DNA of 64,000 nt from a virus. Taxonomy: Duplodnaviria; Caudoviricetes. Positions 35,383 to 46,483 of the stretch are shown here, piece by piece. The stretch lies in the IMG/VR virus record IMGVR_UViG_3300036982_000556, positions 3,498 through 67,497 of that record; one strand, 5' to 3'. The notes beneath the pieces were generated by a model. The model was not told the origin of the DNA. It made no database searches and saw nothing but the letters and a program-made list of their open reading frames with translations. Numbering within the stretch: position 1 is the stretch's first letter; every line of letters starts with the position of its first letter. The translations under genes and the position numbers were made by a program.

Positions 35383-37299
35383 TCAGCCGCCCGATGCGAG
35401 GAACTTGCCTGCCGCACCAATCGTCACCCACGCACTATCAGACACCCGTGCGTCAACCGAGATGATGAAACAGAGACTCGCGCACTGCGGCAGATCAAAC
35501 CACTGAAACCCTGCAAACCCTGCCGAGCCAACAATGCCTTGACCCGAGATGTATCCACCGCCTGCGAGTTGCAGCGAAACGATACGCGTGCGCGAGTCAA
35601 TCGTGAGCGTCGAACCGGATGGGAGTTGCGAAACGGTTAGTTCCTGACAAGGCTCAATACATTGCCAAATCGGGTCATCCGCAATGATTCCGCATGGGCA
35701 AGGCACACCAAGTTCAGCGCGAGGGTTTTCGTAAGCCGAGATTTTCAGATTACGCAGATCGGTAGCACCTGCAAAAATCTGGATGAAAGAAGTCGCAGTA
35801 TTCCAGTCAGCAATGTTTGTGTAGGACGCGCATATCTGTTTCGTTACCCACGGTTCGCAGAAGCAATCGTCATCAGGGATAAACGGAAGCGGCGGCGCGA
35901 TACGCACTGGGCCGCAGTCGGGAATGAAGCCGGATGGTATGACCTCCGGGCAGTCAGTGCAATCCATAAAGCACTTCTCGTACTCTGTCGCGCCGAACGG
36001 TTCCTCAAACACAGGGAACGTCAGATCGGAGAAGATGAACGGCAACTCGGATGCAATCGTGAACTGAACCTTCAACGTCGTATAACCGCACTGATCGCAG
36101 CAAGTGCCAAACTTGTCCACGACCTTGGGACCGTCAACCAGCCCGGTACGGTGCAGCAGACGACCGTAGTCAATCGGGTCTGCGTCTTCTGGCGGGCAGC
36201 ACTTCAACATGAAGAAGTCGCCTATCGCGCAGTCGTCGCATCCGGTTGAACCGATGAGCGCCTCGTTCAACCAGTGCAGTCCGTATTCTGAACCGCAACA
36301 GGTCTTTGCAAACAAGTAACCCGTGACGGTTAGTGTTCGTGGCCCCAACTTCAGTGGCCCCAAACTTCCGCCATAGATCGAAGCGGGGGTTACGTCGCGT
36401 TGCACAACCGAGTCGAAACCTGTGATGTCTTCGACGAACAGACCGTAGAAATCTGCGGAGTCAGGAACGTCGGGATCGAACCACGGTGGGTTATCTCCAT
36501 CAACCGCTAAGTCAAGTTCGTATATTCCTGACGGCCCGGTCACTTCCCATATCCAAGTCCACCCCGTTGCCGAGATGCTCACCGGGGCGATAACGCTAAC
36601 GCCCGCTTGAAGACATGTGAAACTGACAGCGGGGGTCGTTGCACCGACGATAGGTGTGTCCCAACGAAACTCAACATCAACCGCGCCCGCAGGTTGAGAC
36701 AAAACTACCGACGCTGTTCCCGCCGGAAAGAAGTTCCACTCTGCGGCACCCGCTCCCGTAAGTGATGTCGTACCCGGCAGCGGATTAGTCAGATCGTCAA
36801 TCGACCACAAGTACATTCCCGAATCCGCAGGAGTCCACCCGTTACTCGCGTCAACGGTGATGCAACTGATTCTGCAACCAACAAGAACCGCCCCCGGCAC
36901 AGGTGGAACTACCGGCATCGGAACACCCGCACCCATGAACCCTGTTGCAGGAGGAGCAGCAAACGTATCGAATAGCAAATTGAGTGAAGCAGGATTCAAG
37001 CTCGAACCCGGCAGCAACGGAATACCACCAAAAGTTGACGCGTCAACAAGATCATCCGTCTGCTCAACTTCAATCTCAGTCGTCCCAACCCCATTAGGCT
37101 GATCGCAAAACATCGCTGAAGCAGGAGAACACGGAACCTTATTCACCGCATACGGACCAAGATTCCCCGCTACCCCAGTGGCGAAGCCGCCGAGAACTGT
37201 CGCAGCGTCAACCCCATACGGATTACCACGCAGGTAATCCAAAGTCCGCTGGTTGTTCCATAACTCAACTTGATTGCCGTAACAGTAGGCTTGATACAT
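35383..37299 (-). CDS. Distal/minor tail protein, Cys-rich
   Basis: Immediately after the tape measure; FYGLFVEDITGFDS, GPRTLTVTG, LTIDSRTR. Confidence 0.7.
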   Translation of the reverse strand: MYQAYCYGNQVELWNNQRTLDYLRGNPYGVDAATVLGGFATGVAGNLGPYAVNKVPCSPASAMFCDQPNGVGTTEIEVEQTDDLVDASTFGGIPLLPGSSLNPASLNLLFDTFAAPPATGFMGAGVPMPVVPPVPGAVLVGCRISCITVDASNGWTPADSGMYLWSIDDLTNPLPGTTSLTGAGAAEWNFFPAGTASVVLSQPAGAVDVEFRWDTPIVGATTPAVSFTCLQAGVSVIAPVSISATGWTWIWEVTGPSGIYELDLAVDGDNPPWFDPDVPDSADFYGLFVEDITGFDSVVQRDVTPASIYGGSLGPLKLGPRTLTVTGYLFAKTCCGSEYGLHWLNEALIGSTGCDDCAIGDFFMLKCCPPEDADPIDYGRLLHRTGLVDGPKVVDKFGTCCDQCGYTTLKVQFTIASELPFIFSDLTFPVFEEPFGATEYEKCFMDCTDCPEVIPSGFIPDCGPVRIAPPLPFIPDDDCFCEPWVTKQICASYTNIADWNTATSFIQIFAGATDLRNLKISAYENPRAELGVPCPCGIIADDPIWQCIEPCQELTVSQLPSGSTLTIDSRTRIVSLQLAGGGYISGQGIVGSAGFAGFQWFDLPQCASLCFIISVDARVSDSAWVTIGAAGKFLASGG

Positions 37300-40200
37300 C
37301 AGCGCCTCGTGAAGTTCACACGGGTCGAAGCCTGCTCACGAGCCTCAATCTCAGCAATCACCTGTGCCATACTGATCCCGTAGATGTTGTAAGTGTTGCC
37401 CTGACCGGGGAACAAACCTTGAATCTCAACACTACCCGCCGCAGCGCCGCCCAGCGGGACGCTCTCTGAGGCGCTCTGTGTGGCCGCACGTTGACCGGCG
37501 GCTTGAGATAGTACGCCTAGCAGCCCTGATTGTTCGGCAAGCTGTAACGCACGCATAGGGCGTGTGAGAGGGATTACAACCTCTGGTCCTGATTCGCCTA
37601 TCAGTGCAGTCATTCGGTTCCGCACATACGCGCCGTTAGCTAGACCAGCGTGAACATGATCGTGGTGATCCGCACGCGTGATCGGGTTACGAACAAACCC
37701 GCCGCCCGGACCCGAATAAATCAACTCTTGCAGAATGCCACGCACCGGCTCAAACGCCCGATAAATCCTCAACAACTCAGGGGAATCCCGACTAGGCCGC
37801 AAACCTGCGAAGTCAACCGCACGACCAGAAGCATGAAGTGATGCACGAGCGCCGCCAGAACCACGAGTTCTAGCACCCGGACGCACCGTCGAAACAGCAC
37901 GGAACGGAACACCCGTAGCGTTCATGTAGTCGATCAACGCACGATAGTTACCGGGGCGACCAGCAACCTGACGCAACCTCTCAACCGCAGCAGGCAACCC
38001 GATAGGGACACCACCGGGGAACGCAGTACCAACACCGCCCATCGCTTCAGCAGCCGCTTTGTTCGCTTCTTCTACCTTCTGACCAACAAACCCAAGACCA
38101 CCCATCGCAGCAGAAGAAGCAAGACCACCCAAGTACTTAGGCGCATAAAATGCTTGTTCACTCAAGTTCTTTGCTTCAGCGAACGTCACCTTGAGAGCGT
38201 CTTTCAACCCTTCAAGAACTGAGGAAGGCAACGTAGCAAACGAGTCGCCGCCCAGTGGTGGCATCGGCGCAGCAGGCGCACCCATCTGCGGCAAGAACCG
38301 TGAAGTCATAGCCATATCAGCGCGAGGGTCACGCTCCCCTAAATCACCTCGGCGGATAGTCTCAAACTCCGCAGGAGTCATCGCCTTCATAACGCTCGCA
38401 GGGATAACACCCTCACCACGTTGCATCTTCACGAGCATCTCGGAAGACTCAAACGGCCCGCCCGTTTCAGGCAACCGGCCACCAATCACACCACCGGAAT
38501 GTGCCGTCGGGAAAGTCAAAGACGGAATGTTGATATTCGCCGTGGCCGGTATCTGATCCAACGCCCCGGTCAAAGTCGTCGCAAACGGATTCCAAGTAGA
38601 CGATGCGAAAGTTCGGAACGGTGCCGCAACAGCGCCCGTGATCTGACCAGCTACCCCGCCCATGAACGCAGGCAACGCACCAAAGCTTGTTTCTAGGCCC
38701 GTTTTCCAAGTCGTGACATACACGCTCAGATCGGCAAACACCGCCTTGAAAGACGCAGCAAACGTCCCCATGCCGCCTGCCATACTCAACCAGATCAACC
38801 CGCCCGTGTTCGCCAGCAACGCGCTAATCGTCACCGGCCACAACGCAATGTACGCAGTCAAACTTTCAAGCAGCGTAAGTATCTGCGTGACCAGAAACAG
38901 GAACGTGACCTGCACCCCAGCCCACACGGTTTCTCCGAATGTTTTTAGTGATTCAATCGCAAACGTCGATAGTGTTGCAAACCAATCTTTGATCGGTTGC
39001 AGCGCCGCTACCGCAGAGTCAACAACAGACGACAGCGCCGTCGTGACCGTAGAACTAATCCCGCCCGTGTCAGGAGTGGACGGTGCAGCGGACATCGCGA
39101 TGCCCGGCGAACCGCTAGAGATAATGTCCATCAAACCAGACTGAACGAGAAGCTCTTTCGCCCGCTCAGGTTTTGACAACGGGATGACAACTTCAGGGCC
39201 GTCTTCACCGACAATCGCGTTGGTTGCCTTAGTGATGATCCCGCCTTCAGCTAACGCAATCTCAGGAATCGTAGGGATACCCTCAAAAGGTTTAGCGCCA
39301 AACACCGAGATGTTACGCAGCTTGTTTATCAGTTTGTCGTTTATGAAACCACGCAGCGAATTGAAAATCTTAGAAGCGAAGTTCATCGCACCGCCCGCCG
39401 CATTACCAAGAGCGTCGATCAGTTTGCCGGGAATACTCGTAAAGAAACCCACCAACCCTGCAAGAAGCTCAGGCCCCTTTTCCTTGACCAGATCAAACCC
39501 GGCTTTAGCCCAACTGAATAACTTGTCACCGATAGCACCAAGACCAGCAATCAAAGTCGCCGGGATACCCGTCACCCAACCAACGACAGTAGCGAGAACC
39601 TCCGGGCCTCTCGTCACGATGACCCCGAACGCGATCTTCACCCCGTCGAACAACAGCCCGCCAAGAGCTATCAAACCATTCACGATCATTGTCGGAATTG
39701 TTAGAACCCAACCAAGCAGCGTCGCCAGAATACCCGGCCCGTTCTCTACCAACCAGTTGAACGCACCCGTCAACCAGCCCAGCAGCATCCCACCGAGATT
39801 GCCGAGCAACCCGAGGAGCATTCCGGGGATACCAGAAATCCAACCCCACAGAGTCGCAAGGATACCGGGACCGTTTTCTACTAACCAGTTGAACGCTGTT
39901 GTGAGCCAACCTAAGAGCATCCCGCCAAGGTCACCGAGTAACCCTATGAGCGTGCTACCAATACCCGAAATCCATCCCCATAAGGTTGCAAGAATCACCG
40001 GCCCGTTCTCAACAAGGAAATTGAACGCAAGTTTCAGACCATCAAACAGCAACCCGCCAAGCGAAAGAAGCAAACCCGGCAACTTCTTCAACCCATCCAT
40101 GATGAACCCGAGAAGCATCGGAATACCCTCGTTCATCAACCACGACCCGACCGAGGCAAGAGCAGGCATCAGCGCGCCGATCAGCGTCCCAGCCAAATCG

Positions 40201-43121
40201 CCTATCTTGCCGAATGTCTCACCGAGATTGCTAAAAAGATTCTTGACCCCTTCTAGCGCACCCTTGAAATCGCCTGTGAACAACTTTTTCAACGTGTTGA
40301 AAGCGTCGATCAACGGTTGCAAGTACAAGCCTTTGATAATGTCAAAGAACTTCTGAAAGATAGGCCAGACCGCATCGACGGCAGTCATCAAAGCGCCGCC
40401 AATGATGTCCGCAACTTTCGTAATAGCGGGCAATAGAGTCTCTTGGAAGAAGTCGCCTATCTTGTCAACGATGTCTCGGAACGGCTTGAAGTTCTTATAG
40501 GCAAGGACTACACCCGCGACCAGAGCAGCAATCGCAACAACGATTAGACCAATCGGGTTAGCGTTGAGAGCGGCGTTCAGCAACCATTGCGCACCCGTCC
40601 ACACAGCCGTCGCTACCTTCGCCGCTTTCATCAGCCCGCTATAGACAGTGATCGCTATGTTCTGTGCAGCGAACAAAGCGGCAGCAGCACCGTTAGCAAT
40701 GTTCCCCAAAAGTTGCGCGCCGTAGTAGGCGGCAAGCGCCGCAACGATCAGATACAGGAGCGGCTCAAACTCCAACAGTTTCGCAACCAATCCCACAATC
40801 GGTGGCAGCAACAGAATCGCTTGAGCAGCCATACTAGCTAACTGCGGAATGATAGGAATGATCGCTGTTAGCAAAGTGACCATGACGTTCACGAGCGGCA
40901 TCAACGACGGCAGCAGACCTACAACCGCTAGAGCAACCTGAAGAATTGCATCAGCGAGAATAGGTATGAATGGAGTGATCGCAAGGAACACATCACCGAC
41001 CGCAGCAATCAACGGTTTGATGCCTTCCATAACAGGAGCCAACCCTGTAGCAAAAGCTGTTACAAGTTCAATGATGACAGGCAGGACGGCAAGGATTGCT
41101 TCCAAAAATATGCCGCCGACGTTCGCAACAAGATCAACGATCATCGGCAATAACGGAAGCACCGCTGTTAGCAAAGTCCCGAACGCTTCAGCCATCGCCA
41201 TCAACAACGGAACTAGCACCGGCAACAACCCGGTAATCATCTCAGCAAAAGTTGAAATGATCGTTTGTAGAAACGGGGCAATCACAGTCAGCGCCGTAGC
41301 AAGCGCCCCGCCTATAACCTCAGCGATAGTCAGTAGCGGCCCTGACAACGCAAGAACAACTTGTAAGAACACATCACCGAGTTGAGTAACCAAGGTCGCA
41401 ATCAGGGGTCCAAGAACATTCAGTACAGGTGCAATAACACTTTCTAAAACGTAACCAAACGTGTAGAACGCTTGAGCAAGAATCGGCAAAATCGCTTCTG
41501 CGAGGTTTCCTAATATCCCAATTATCGGAGCGAAGATCGGCAGCAACGTCCCGATTACTGAACCGATACTCCCAAAGGTTTCAGCTATGATCGGGCCAAG
41601 CGTTGAGAAGGTTTCAGCGAACGCACCTGCCAATATTTCTAAGCCCGGTGTGATGCCTTCTAACAGCCCTGCGAAAGAACTTCCAAGCGTTGTAAGAATC
41701 GGACCAACAGCCTCCATAAGCGGGCCGAGCGCCCCGCCCAGTGCGGCCCCAACTTCTTGCAATATAGGCCCGAGTGTTTCAGCGAGTTTAGAAAACACAT
41801 CAGCAAACACCGTCACGATGGGCAGCAGCCCCGCACCAAACGATTCCTTCAAGTTGTCAACAACGGTCTTCAACCGTTCCATCGGGTTAGCCGCAGCCGC
41901 AGCCGCACCACCAACCTGACCTTCGACTTCAGCCAAAATCATTTTCTGAGCGCCAAGCAAATCGCCCGCTTGCACTAGCCCCGCAATCGTGTCCTTCTGT
42001 TCCTTAGTGAACTGAATACCCGCCTTGCCAAGAGCCGCCATACCCTTGAGCGGATCGTTGAGCGCCTTACCAAGCATCACTGACGACCCGGCGAAGTCCT
42101 TACCAAGAACCGTTGAAACGTCAAGAACAGCTTTCTGAGTCCTAGCAAAAATGTCGTTGCCTTCGCCCATCTGGTCTTTGATATTCTTGAACGTCAACAG
42201 GACGTTCGATGAAGCCTTGATTGCCTCATCGTCGATACCAGTCTTGTTAGATAACGACAAAGCAAGATCGTCAATCTGTTTCGCTGAAAGATTCGCCGCC
42301 CCGCCAGTGGCCGCAATCACCGATTCAGTGATCCGCCCGATACGAGCAGACTCGTTAGCCGCCTCAACCGATTCCTTGATTGCACCGCTCAGAACATAAA
42401 AACCGGCAGTCGCAACACCAATACCAATAGCCGCTTTACCAAACCCGCCCATCCCGGTCTTACCGGCTTGATCGACTTGAGCCATTGCCCGCTCAGACTC
42501 GCGCGCCGATTCCTTGAACTCGCCGGTTATCTTTTCGCCCGCAGTTTTCGCAGCCGCCAACAAACCCTGAAACGTAGAACTGTCACCAATGGCGCGCAAC
42601 GCCGCTTGCCCTTGACGGCCCGCTTCCTTGAAAGCCGCCGTCACCTTCTCCCCAGTGGCGGAAGCCGCAGCCGCTAAACCCTGAAACGCACCCGCTTGAG
42701 ACACCGTGTCAAGCGCCGCAGACGACTGTCGTGCAGATTCCTTGAACGAACCCGTGACCTTCTCGCCCGCCCCATAAGCAGCGGTCATCAACTTCTGAAA
42801 ATTGACCGCCTTATCAACACTGTCAAACGCAACAGAAGACTTGCGCGCCGACTCTTGCATAGACGACGAAACCTTGTCGCCCGCCTTACTAGCATCCGCA
42901 GCAACCTCAGTGAACGCCTTACCAGTGGCCGCTAACAGATTATCACTAGCCTTCTTTCCCGCCTCGCCAAATGTCTTAGCAAGCGGTGCAGCAACATCAG
43001 CCTTAGCTAATTGCTGAGACATCTCACGAGTCAAAGTCTGAACCGTTTGAGCCATCTCTTTGCGGAACAAAGAAAAGTCAGGAACGATCTCAATAACAGC
43101 GCGCCCAATCACATCAGCCAT
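37299..43121 (-). CDS. Tape measure protein with C-terminal peptidoglycan-peptidase-like domain
   Basis: 1940 aa of amphipathic repeats; LAEGG...GEDGPEVVIPL motifs; SLHASGRAVDF...HHDHVH. Confidence 0.95.
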   Translation of the reverse strand: MADVIGRAVIEIVPDFSLFRKEMAQTVQTLTREMSQQLAKADVAAPLAKTFGEAGKKASDNLLAATGKAFTEVAADASKAGDKVSSSMQESARKSSVAFDSVDKAVNFQKLMTAAYGAGEKVTGSFKESARQSSAALDTVSQAGAFQGLAAAASATGEKVTAAFKEAGRQGQAALRAIGDSSTFQGLLAAAKTAGEKITGEFKESARESERAMAQVDQAGKTGMGGFGKAAIGIGVATAGFYVLSGAIKESVEAANESARIGRITESVIAATGGAANLSAKQIDDLALSLSNKTGIDDEAIKASSNVLLTFKNIKDQMGEGNDIFARTQKAVLDVSTVLGKDFAGSSVMLGKALNDPLKGMAALGKAGIQFTKEQKDTIAGLVQAGDLLGAQKMILAEVEGQVGGAAAAAANPMERLKTVVDNLKESFGAGLLPIVTVFADVFSKLAETLGPILQEVGAALGGALGPLMEAVGPILTTLGSSFAGLLEGITPGLEILAGAFAETFSTLGPIIAETFGSIGSVIGTLLPIFAPIIGILGNLAEAILPILAQAFYTFGYVLESVIAPVLNVLGPLIATLVTQLGDVFLQVVLALSGPLLTIAEVIGGALATALTVIAPFLQTIISTFAEMITGLLPVLVPLLMAMAEAFGTLLTAVLPLLPMIVDLVANVGGIFLEAILAVLPVIIELVTAFATGLAPVMEGIKPLIAAVGDVFLAITPFIPILADAILQVALAVVGLLPSLMPLVNVMVTLLTAIIPIIPQLASMAAQAILLLPPIVGLVAKLLEFEPLLYLIVAALAAYYGAQLLGNIANGAAAALFAAQNIAITVYSGLMKAAKVATAVWTGAQWLLNAALNANPIGLIVVAIAALVAGVVLAYKNFKPFRDIVDKIGDFFQETLLPAITKVADIIGGALMTAVDAVWPIFQKFFDIIKGLYLQPLIDAFNTLKKLFTGDFKGALEGVKNLFSNLGETFGKIGDLAGTLIGALMPALASVGSWLMNEGIPMLLGFIMDGLKKLPGLLLSLGGLLFDGLKLAFNFLVENGPVILATLWGWISGIGSTLIGLLGDLGGMLLGWLTTAFNWLVENGPGILATLWGWISGIPGMLLGLLGNLGGMLLGWLTGAFNWLVENGPGILATLLGWVLTIPTMIVNGLIALGGLLFDGVKIAFGVIVTRGPEVLATVVGWVTGIPATLIAGLGAIGDKLFSWAKAGFDLVKEKGPELLAGLVGFFTSIPGKLIDALGNAAGGAMNFASKIFNSLRGFINDKLINKLRNISVFGAKPFEGIPTIPEIALAEGGIITKATNAIVGEDGPEVVIPLSKPERAKELLVQSGLMDIISSGSPGIAMSAAPSTPDTGGISSTVTTALSSVVDSAVAALQPIKDWFATLSTFAIESLKTFGETVWAGVQVTFLFLVTQILTLLESLTAYIALWPVTISALLANTGGLIWLSMAGGMGTFAASFKAVFADLSVYVTTWKTGLETSFGALPAFMGGVAGQITGAVAAPFRTFASSTWNPFATTLTGALDQIPATANINIPSLTFPTAHSGGVIGGRLPETGGPFESSEMLVKMQRGEGVIPASVMKAMTPAEFETIRRGDLGERDPRADMAMTSRFLPQMGAPAAPMPPLGGDSFATLPSSVLEGLKDALKVTFAEAKNLSEQAFYAPKYLGGLASSAAMGGLGFVGQKVEEANKAAAEAMGGVGTAFPGGVPIGLPAAVERLRQVAGRPGNYRALIDYMNATGVPFRAVSTVRPGARTRGSGGARASLHASGRAVDFAGLRPSRDSPELLRIYRAFEPVRGILQELIYSGPGGGFVRNPITRADHHDHVHAGLANGAYVRNRMTALIGESGPEVVIPLTRPMRALQLAEQSGLLGVLSQAAGQRAATQSASESVPLGGAAAGSVEIQGLFPGQGNTYNIYGISMAQVIAEIEAREQASTRVNFTRR

Positions 43122-43800
43122 TAGCGCACCCCGTGGAATTGTGTATCAGAATCAGCAAGCGTGTGCTGATCTGCGAAAGCATCATGGTCACTATTCCACC
43201 ATGAAGGAGCCTCTTTGCCCTGCATACTCGCAGGCAACATCGGATCGTCGATGATCTCGCCGCCATGCTCGCCAAGTCGCCCAGCTAGAGCAAGGTTCAC
43301 TTTCTTTCTGCCTTCCTCATCAGCTTCAGCAACAAGATGCGAATAGCAAAAGTTTAGCATCTGGATCAACGACAGATCGGTAAGCCGTAAGCCTCTGCCG
43401 ACCAACACGCCGTCAACTTCTAAAGCGTTAGCAGCACACCAAGAGGAAAGAAGGGTTACGGCTCGGAAGGGCGCGCAGCGATAACCTCAGTGGCCCGTTC
43501 CAGAATCGCATTCAATTCCTCAAAGTCGATGATCGGGTCAGCGTCCTCAAGAAAGTCGTTGAACCTCTCACGGTCATCAGGAATCACAGCGTGTTCCAAG
43601 AAGTTCGCAATCGCTGTCATCTGCCGGGCCGGGGGAGTCCTAGCGTCCCCAGCGGCGGACAGTCGCAGCATCACGATTGCGGGGATCTCCGGTGCTAAAC
43701 CGAACACCTCGTCACGGACTTTCAACTCAAGTTTCGTGCCGTCAGCTTCAGCAGCTAACGAGTCGATCACATCACTTGTAGCAACTACTTCATCAGCCAT
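43121..43800 (-). CDS. Tail assembly chaperones G (43456-43800) and G-T via -1 frameshift
   Basis: C-CCT-TCC at 43465-43471 just before the G stop; the -1 frame is open into ORF 43121-43408. Confidence 0.8.
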
Positions 43801-43836
43801 GTTTGCTCCATGTTTGCTCGTGGTAACACCGCTATC

Positions 43837-44229
43837 CTACCTGATAACAGCGAGCATTGCGTTGAGCATAAAAGGTTGAGGTTTCGTCCCCGGATGATTC
43901 ACCTTGTTTGCAAAAACGATCTCGCCTGCCTTGTTCGGGAAGCGTAACATCTTCGCTTTCTTAGGCATGATGACATGGGGTCGGGTTCCTCTATTGACAT
44001 ATGTTGCGTAGAGAGTGTTAGCCGATACCTCAATCGCTGTTCCGTTTCGACCAGCAGACCGCTCTGTGACAAGGATTGAGGCTTGAAGTTTGCCTGTATC
44101 GACCGGGGCAGTTGAGCGTGCAATCACTGCGACTTGATTTCCTAATCCCCGCAAGTACTCAGTCACCATCCCTGTCGGGGCGACCAGTCCTGCTATCGCT
44201 TGTTCGTTGATTGTGAATTTTGTTGGCAT
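43837..44229 (-). CDS. HK97 gp10-like neck / tail-completion protein
   Basis: APVDTGKLQASI...YATYVNRGTRPH...VNHPGTKPQPFM. Confidence 0.8.
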   Translation of the reverse strand: MPTKFTINEQAIAGLVAPTGMVTEYLRGLGNQVAVIARSTAPVDTGKLQASILVTERSAGRNGTAIEVSANTLYATYVNRGTRPHVIMPKKAKMLRFPNKAGEIVFANKVNHPGTKPQPFMLNAMLAVIR

Positions 44230-44230
44230 G

Positions 44231-44767
44231 TCAGCACCGGCAGTTTGATAGTTCCATCATCCATGTTGCGGTGAACCCGGCGCAACCGCCGCGTGGTTTG
44301 TCAGGACGCAGATCACCAATCATTGACAACAAACAATCTGTTTCGTTTACATTGTAGAAGTTGTTAGAGAATGCCGAGACAAGACGGCACCACACCACAT
44401 TAGAGTCAATCAGAAGCTCCTCAGCCGCAGCCTGCATCTCACCCGCAGACGGAAACGGTGCCTGAGCGTTATCTCTCACCACAGGCCAACAGGGGCGCAC
44501 TAGACGGGCTTTCACACGCATCATGCGCAATACCCCACACTGAAACGGATCGCTGTTATTCACCGCAGGAAACGCCGCTGTCGGCAATAGCTCATCCATC
44601 CACACCGCAAGGAAGTTGCAACAGTCATCAGGTGGAGCAGTCCACGAAATGAAACACGACTCAGGCGCGCCCGGAACAGTGCATTCCTCTAACGCAACAC
44701 ACAGATCATCAACAACAAGTTGCAACACCTCGTTGATATACGCCGGGTCAAGCAGATCACAAGCCAC
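44231..44767 (-). CDS. Putative tail terminator
   Basis: Position between adaptor and neck genes. Confidence 0.55.
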   Translation of the reverse strand: MACDLLDPAYINEVLQLVVDDLCVALEECTVPGAPESCFISWTAPPDDCCNFLAVWMDELLPTAAFPAVNNSDPFQCGVLRMMRVKARLVRPCWPVVRDNAQAPFPSAGEMQAAAEELLIDSNVVWCRLVSAFSNNFYNVNETDCLLSMIGDLRPDKPRGGCAGFTATWMMELSNCRC

Positions 44768-44770
44768 TGA

Positions 44771-45898
44771 TTACGTCCAAGTCGTGTTCGGTTTACGATG
44801 GTCAGCCCGATACACCGCCGCTCGCCGTTGCAGCCCAGCGGGGTTGACCGACTTCAACCACAAGTCAACCTCATAAATTCCGACCTGCCCCTTGTCAAGG
44901 AAGTCTAGCGGGTCGCCAAAGTCCATAGACACACCTTCACGGGTGATCTGCTTCAGCCGTTGCGGAAGGATGCACCCGTCGCCGCCGCACCTGTTCAGAG
45001 CGATCTGGCAAGCGAACATAGCCGCAGCGTATTGCCCGCCCGGAGGAGGCAACGAACCCTGCGTGTAACTAATCGACCAAGTACCCTCGCCAGCGATACA
45101 CCCCGGCTCAACAACAGTCACACCCACCGACGGGTCAGGACCGGCAAGAGACACATCCGCTACAGACACAACAGGCAAACCAGCCACAGCATGAGCAAAC
45201 ACAATCAGGTAAGGGGCCACTGTTCCCGGCCCACCCGACACAATCTCAACCGTCCCAGCGCCGAACGCCAAGTCGATTGCAGCAGCAAGATCGACAGCGG
45301 AAAGCGTTGAATCAAACACGGCAGTCACCGTGCCAATAGTCATAGACCAATCGCCGCCCGTCGCGACGATCTCAACTTCGACGATCTCATCGGTTGTTTC
45401 GCACTGCTCCGCGCCGAGATGATTAGAGCAAGGCCAGTGACCGCCATCAACCCGGCACACACGCTTGTAAGCCTCAACCTTGTACGCCGATGGGTCAAGC
45501 GGCACACCGTCAATAAGAATCTGTGTTACCTCGTCAACAGTTCCCGGTAAATCAACACAATCCAAGTGGCAAATCCCACGACACCCGGCCCACTTGTTGA
45601 CCCAACCCCCGGCAACCATGTACGGCAACGACGGATACCCCGCATAGGCCCAGCCCCAACCGGATGCGGCGAACCATGACCAAGTGTCCCCTTTGCAACC
45701 ACAGTTATCTCCGGCGCACGGATACACCGTCCGGTTGCATTGACCGGGCCACCGCCTACCCGAAAGTCTGAATAGAATCTCGGACGCAAACTGAATCGCC
45801 TCAGTCAGATCGTATGCCGGGTCCAACCCGGTGCAGCATAAACGAACCTGCTCAGGTGTCGTCCACTGAGAACACGGCGGGGGAGGAGGTGCGGCCAC
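44771..45898 (-). CDS. Head-to-tail adaptor with inserted beta domain
   Basis: ASEILFRLSGRRW...LPQRLKQITREGVSM...VDLWLKSVNP. Confidence 0.7.
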   Translation of the reverse strand: MAAPPPPPCSQWTTPEQVRLCCTGLDPAYDLTEAIQFASEILFRLSGRRWPGQCNRTVYPCAGDNCGCKGDTWSWFAASGWGWAYAGYPSLPYMVAGGWVNKWAGCRGICHLDCVDLPGTVDEVTQILIDGVPLDPSAYKVEAYKRVCRVDGGHWPCSNHLGAEQCETTDEIVEVEIVATGGDWSMTIGTVTAVFDSTLSAVDLAAAIDLAFGAGTVEIVSGGPGTVAPYLIVFAHAVAGLPVVSVADVSLAGPDPSVGVTVVEPGCIAGEGTWSISYTQGSLPPPGGQYAAAMFACQIALNRCGGDGCILPQRLKQITREGVSMDFGDPLDFLDKGQVGIYEVDLWLKSVNPAGLQRRAAVYRADHRKPNTTWT

Positions 45899-45922
45899 GG
45901 TCTAAGAGTACCCGCTGGACGC

Positions 45923-46165
45923 TCACGCCTCGGGGTGGTTGCCTTCCATAGCTTCTAACCAGAATTGCAAGGGTTCCATGTTGGCTTGGTTTGCGAAGTC
46001 TCGGATGGCTTGGCCGAGGAAACCCATTGTTGCGACTGTCACGTTTTTAGCTTCAGACTCGGTAAGCGCTTCGACCATCATCACGAATCCGTCCCAATCC
46101 TTTTGGAGTATTGCAGCCATGAGAGCGGACATGTCTTTCTGTGCGTCGATCATCTCGTTTGCCAT
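45923..46165 (-). CDS. Hypothetical protein
   Basis: 80-aa ORF. Confidence 0.6.
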   Translation of the reverse strand: MANEMIDAQKDMSALMAAILQKDWDGFVMMVEALTESEAKNVTVATMGFLGQAIRDFANQANMEPLQFWLEAMEGNHPEA

Positions 46166-46225
46166 GCGATAAGTATTGCATCACGGGTAGACGCAGAGGG
46201 TTTGACCCCCCCTGCGTCGAATCGG

Positions 46226-46483
46226 TTACTCCTCGTCGAATGCGTTGACGATGGTTCGCAACAGGTTGACTATCGGAATCAGAACGTCCATGCGGTCACA
46301 CAGATCGCTGACTTCTGCGAATCGTGCGGCCCGTGTTGGGTCTTCCAACGTGGATCGCATTCCGATTGTCGTCAACACATGGTGGCGAGCTTCGCATTCA
46401 CGCAACTCGGTGAGAGCTACATGAAGTTCGATGCGGACGCTTTCTTCGATTACGTCTTCTTGGGTCATCTCGGTGCTTGTCAT
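46226..46483 (-). CDS. Hypothetical leaderless protein (MTSTE...)
   Basis: Behind the repeated promoter at 46474-46552. Confidence 0.7.
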   Translation of the reverse strand: MTSTEMTQEDVIEESVRIELHVALTELRECEARHHVLTTIGMRSTLEDPTRAARFAEVSDLCDRMDVLIPIVNLLRTIVNAFDEE

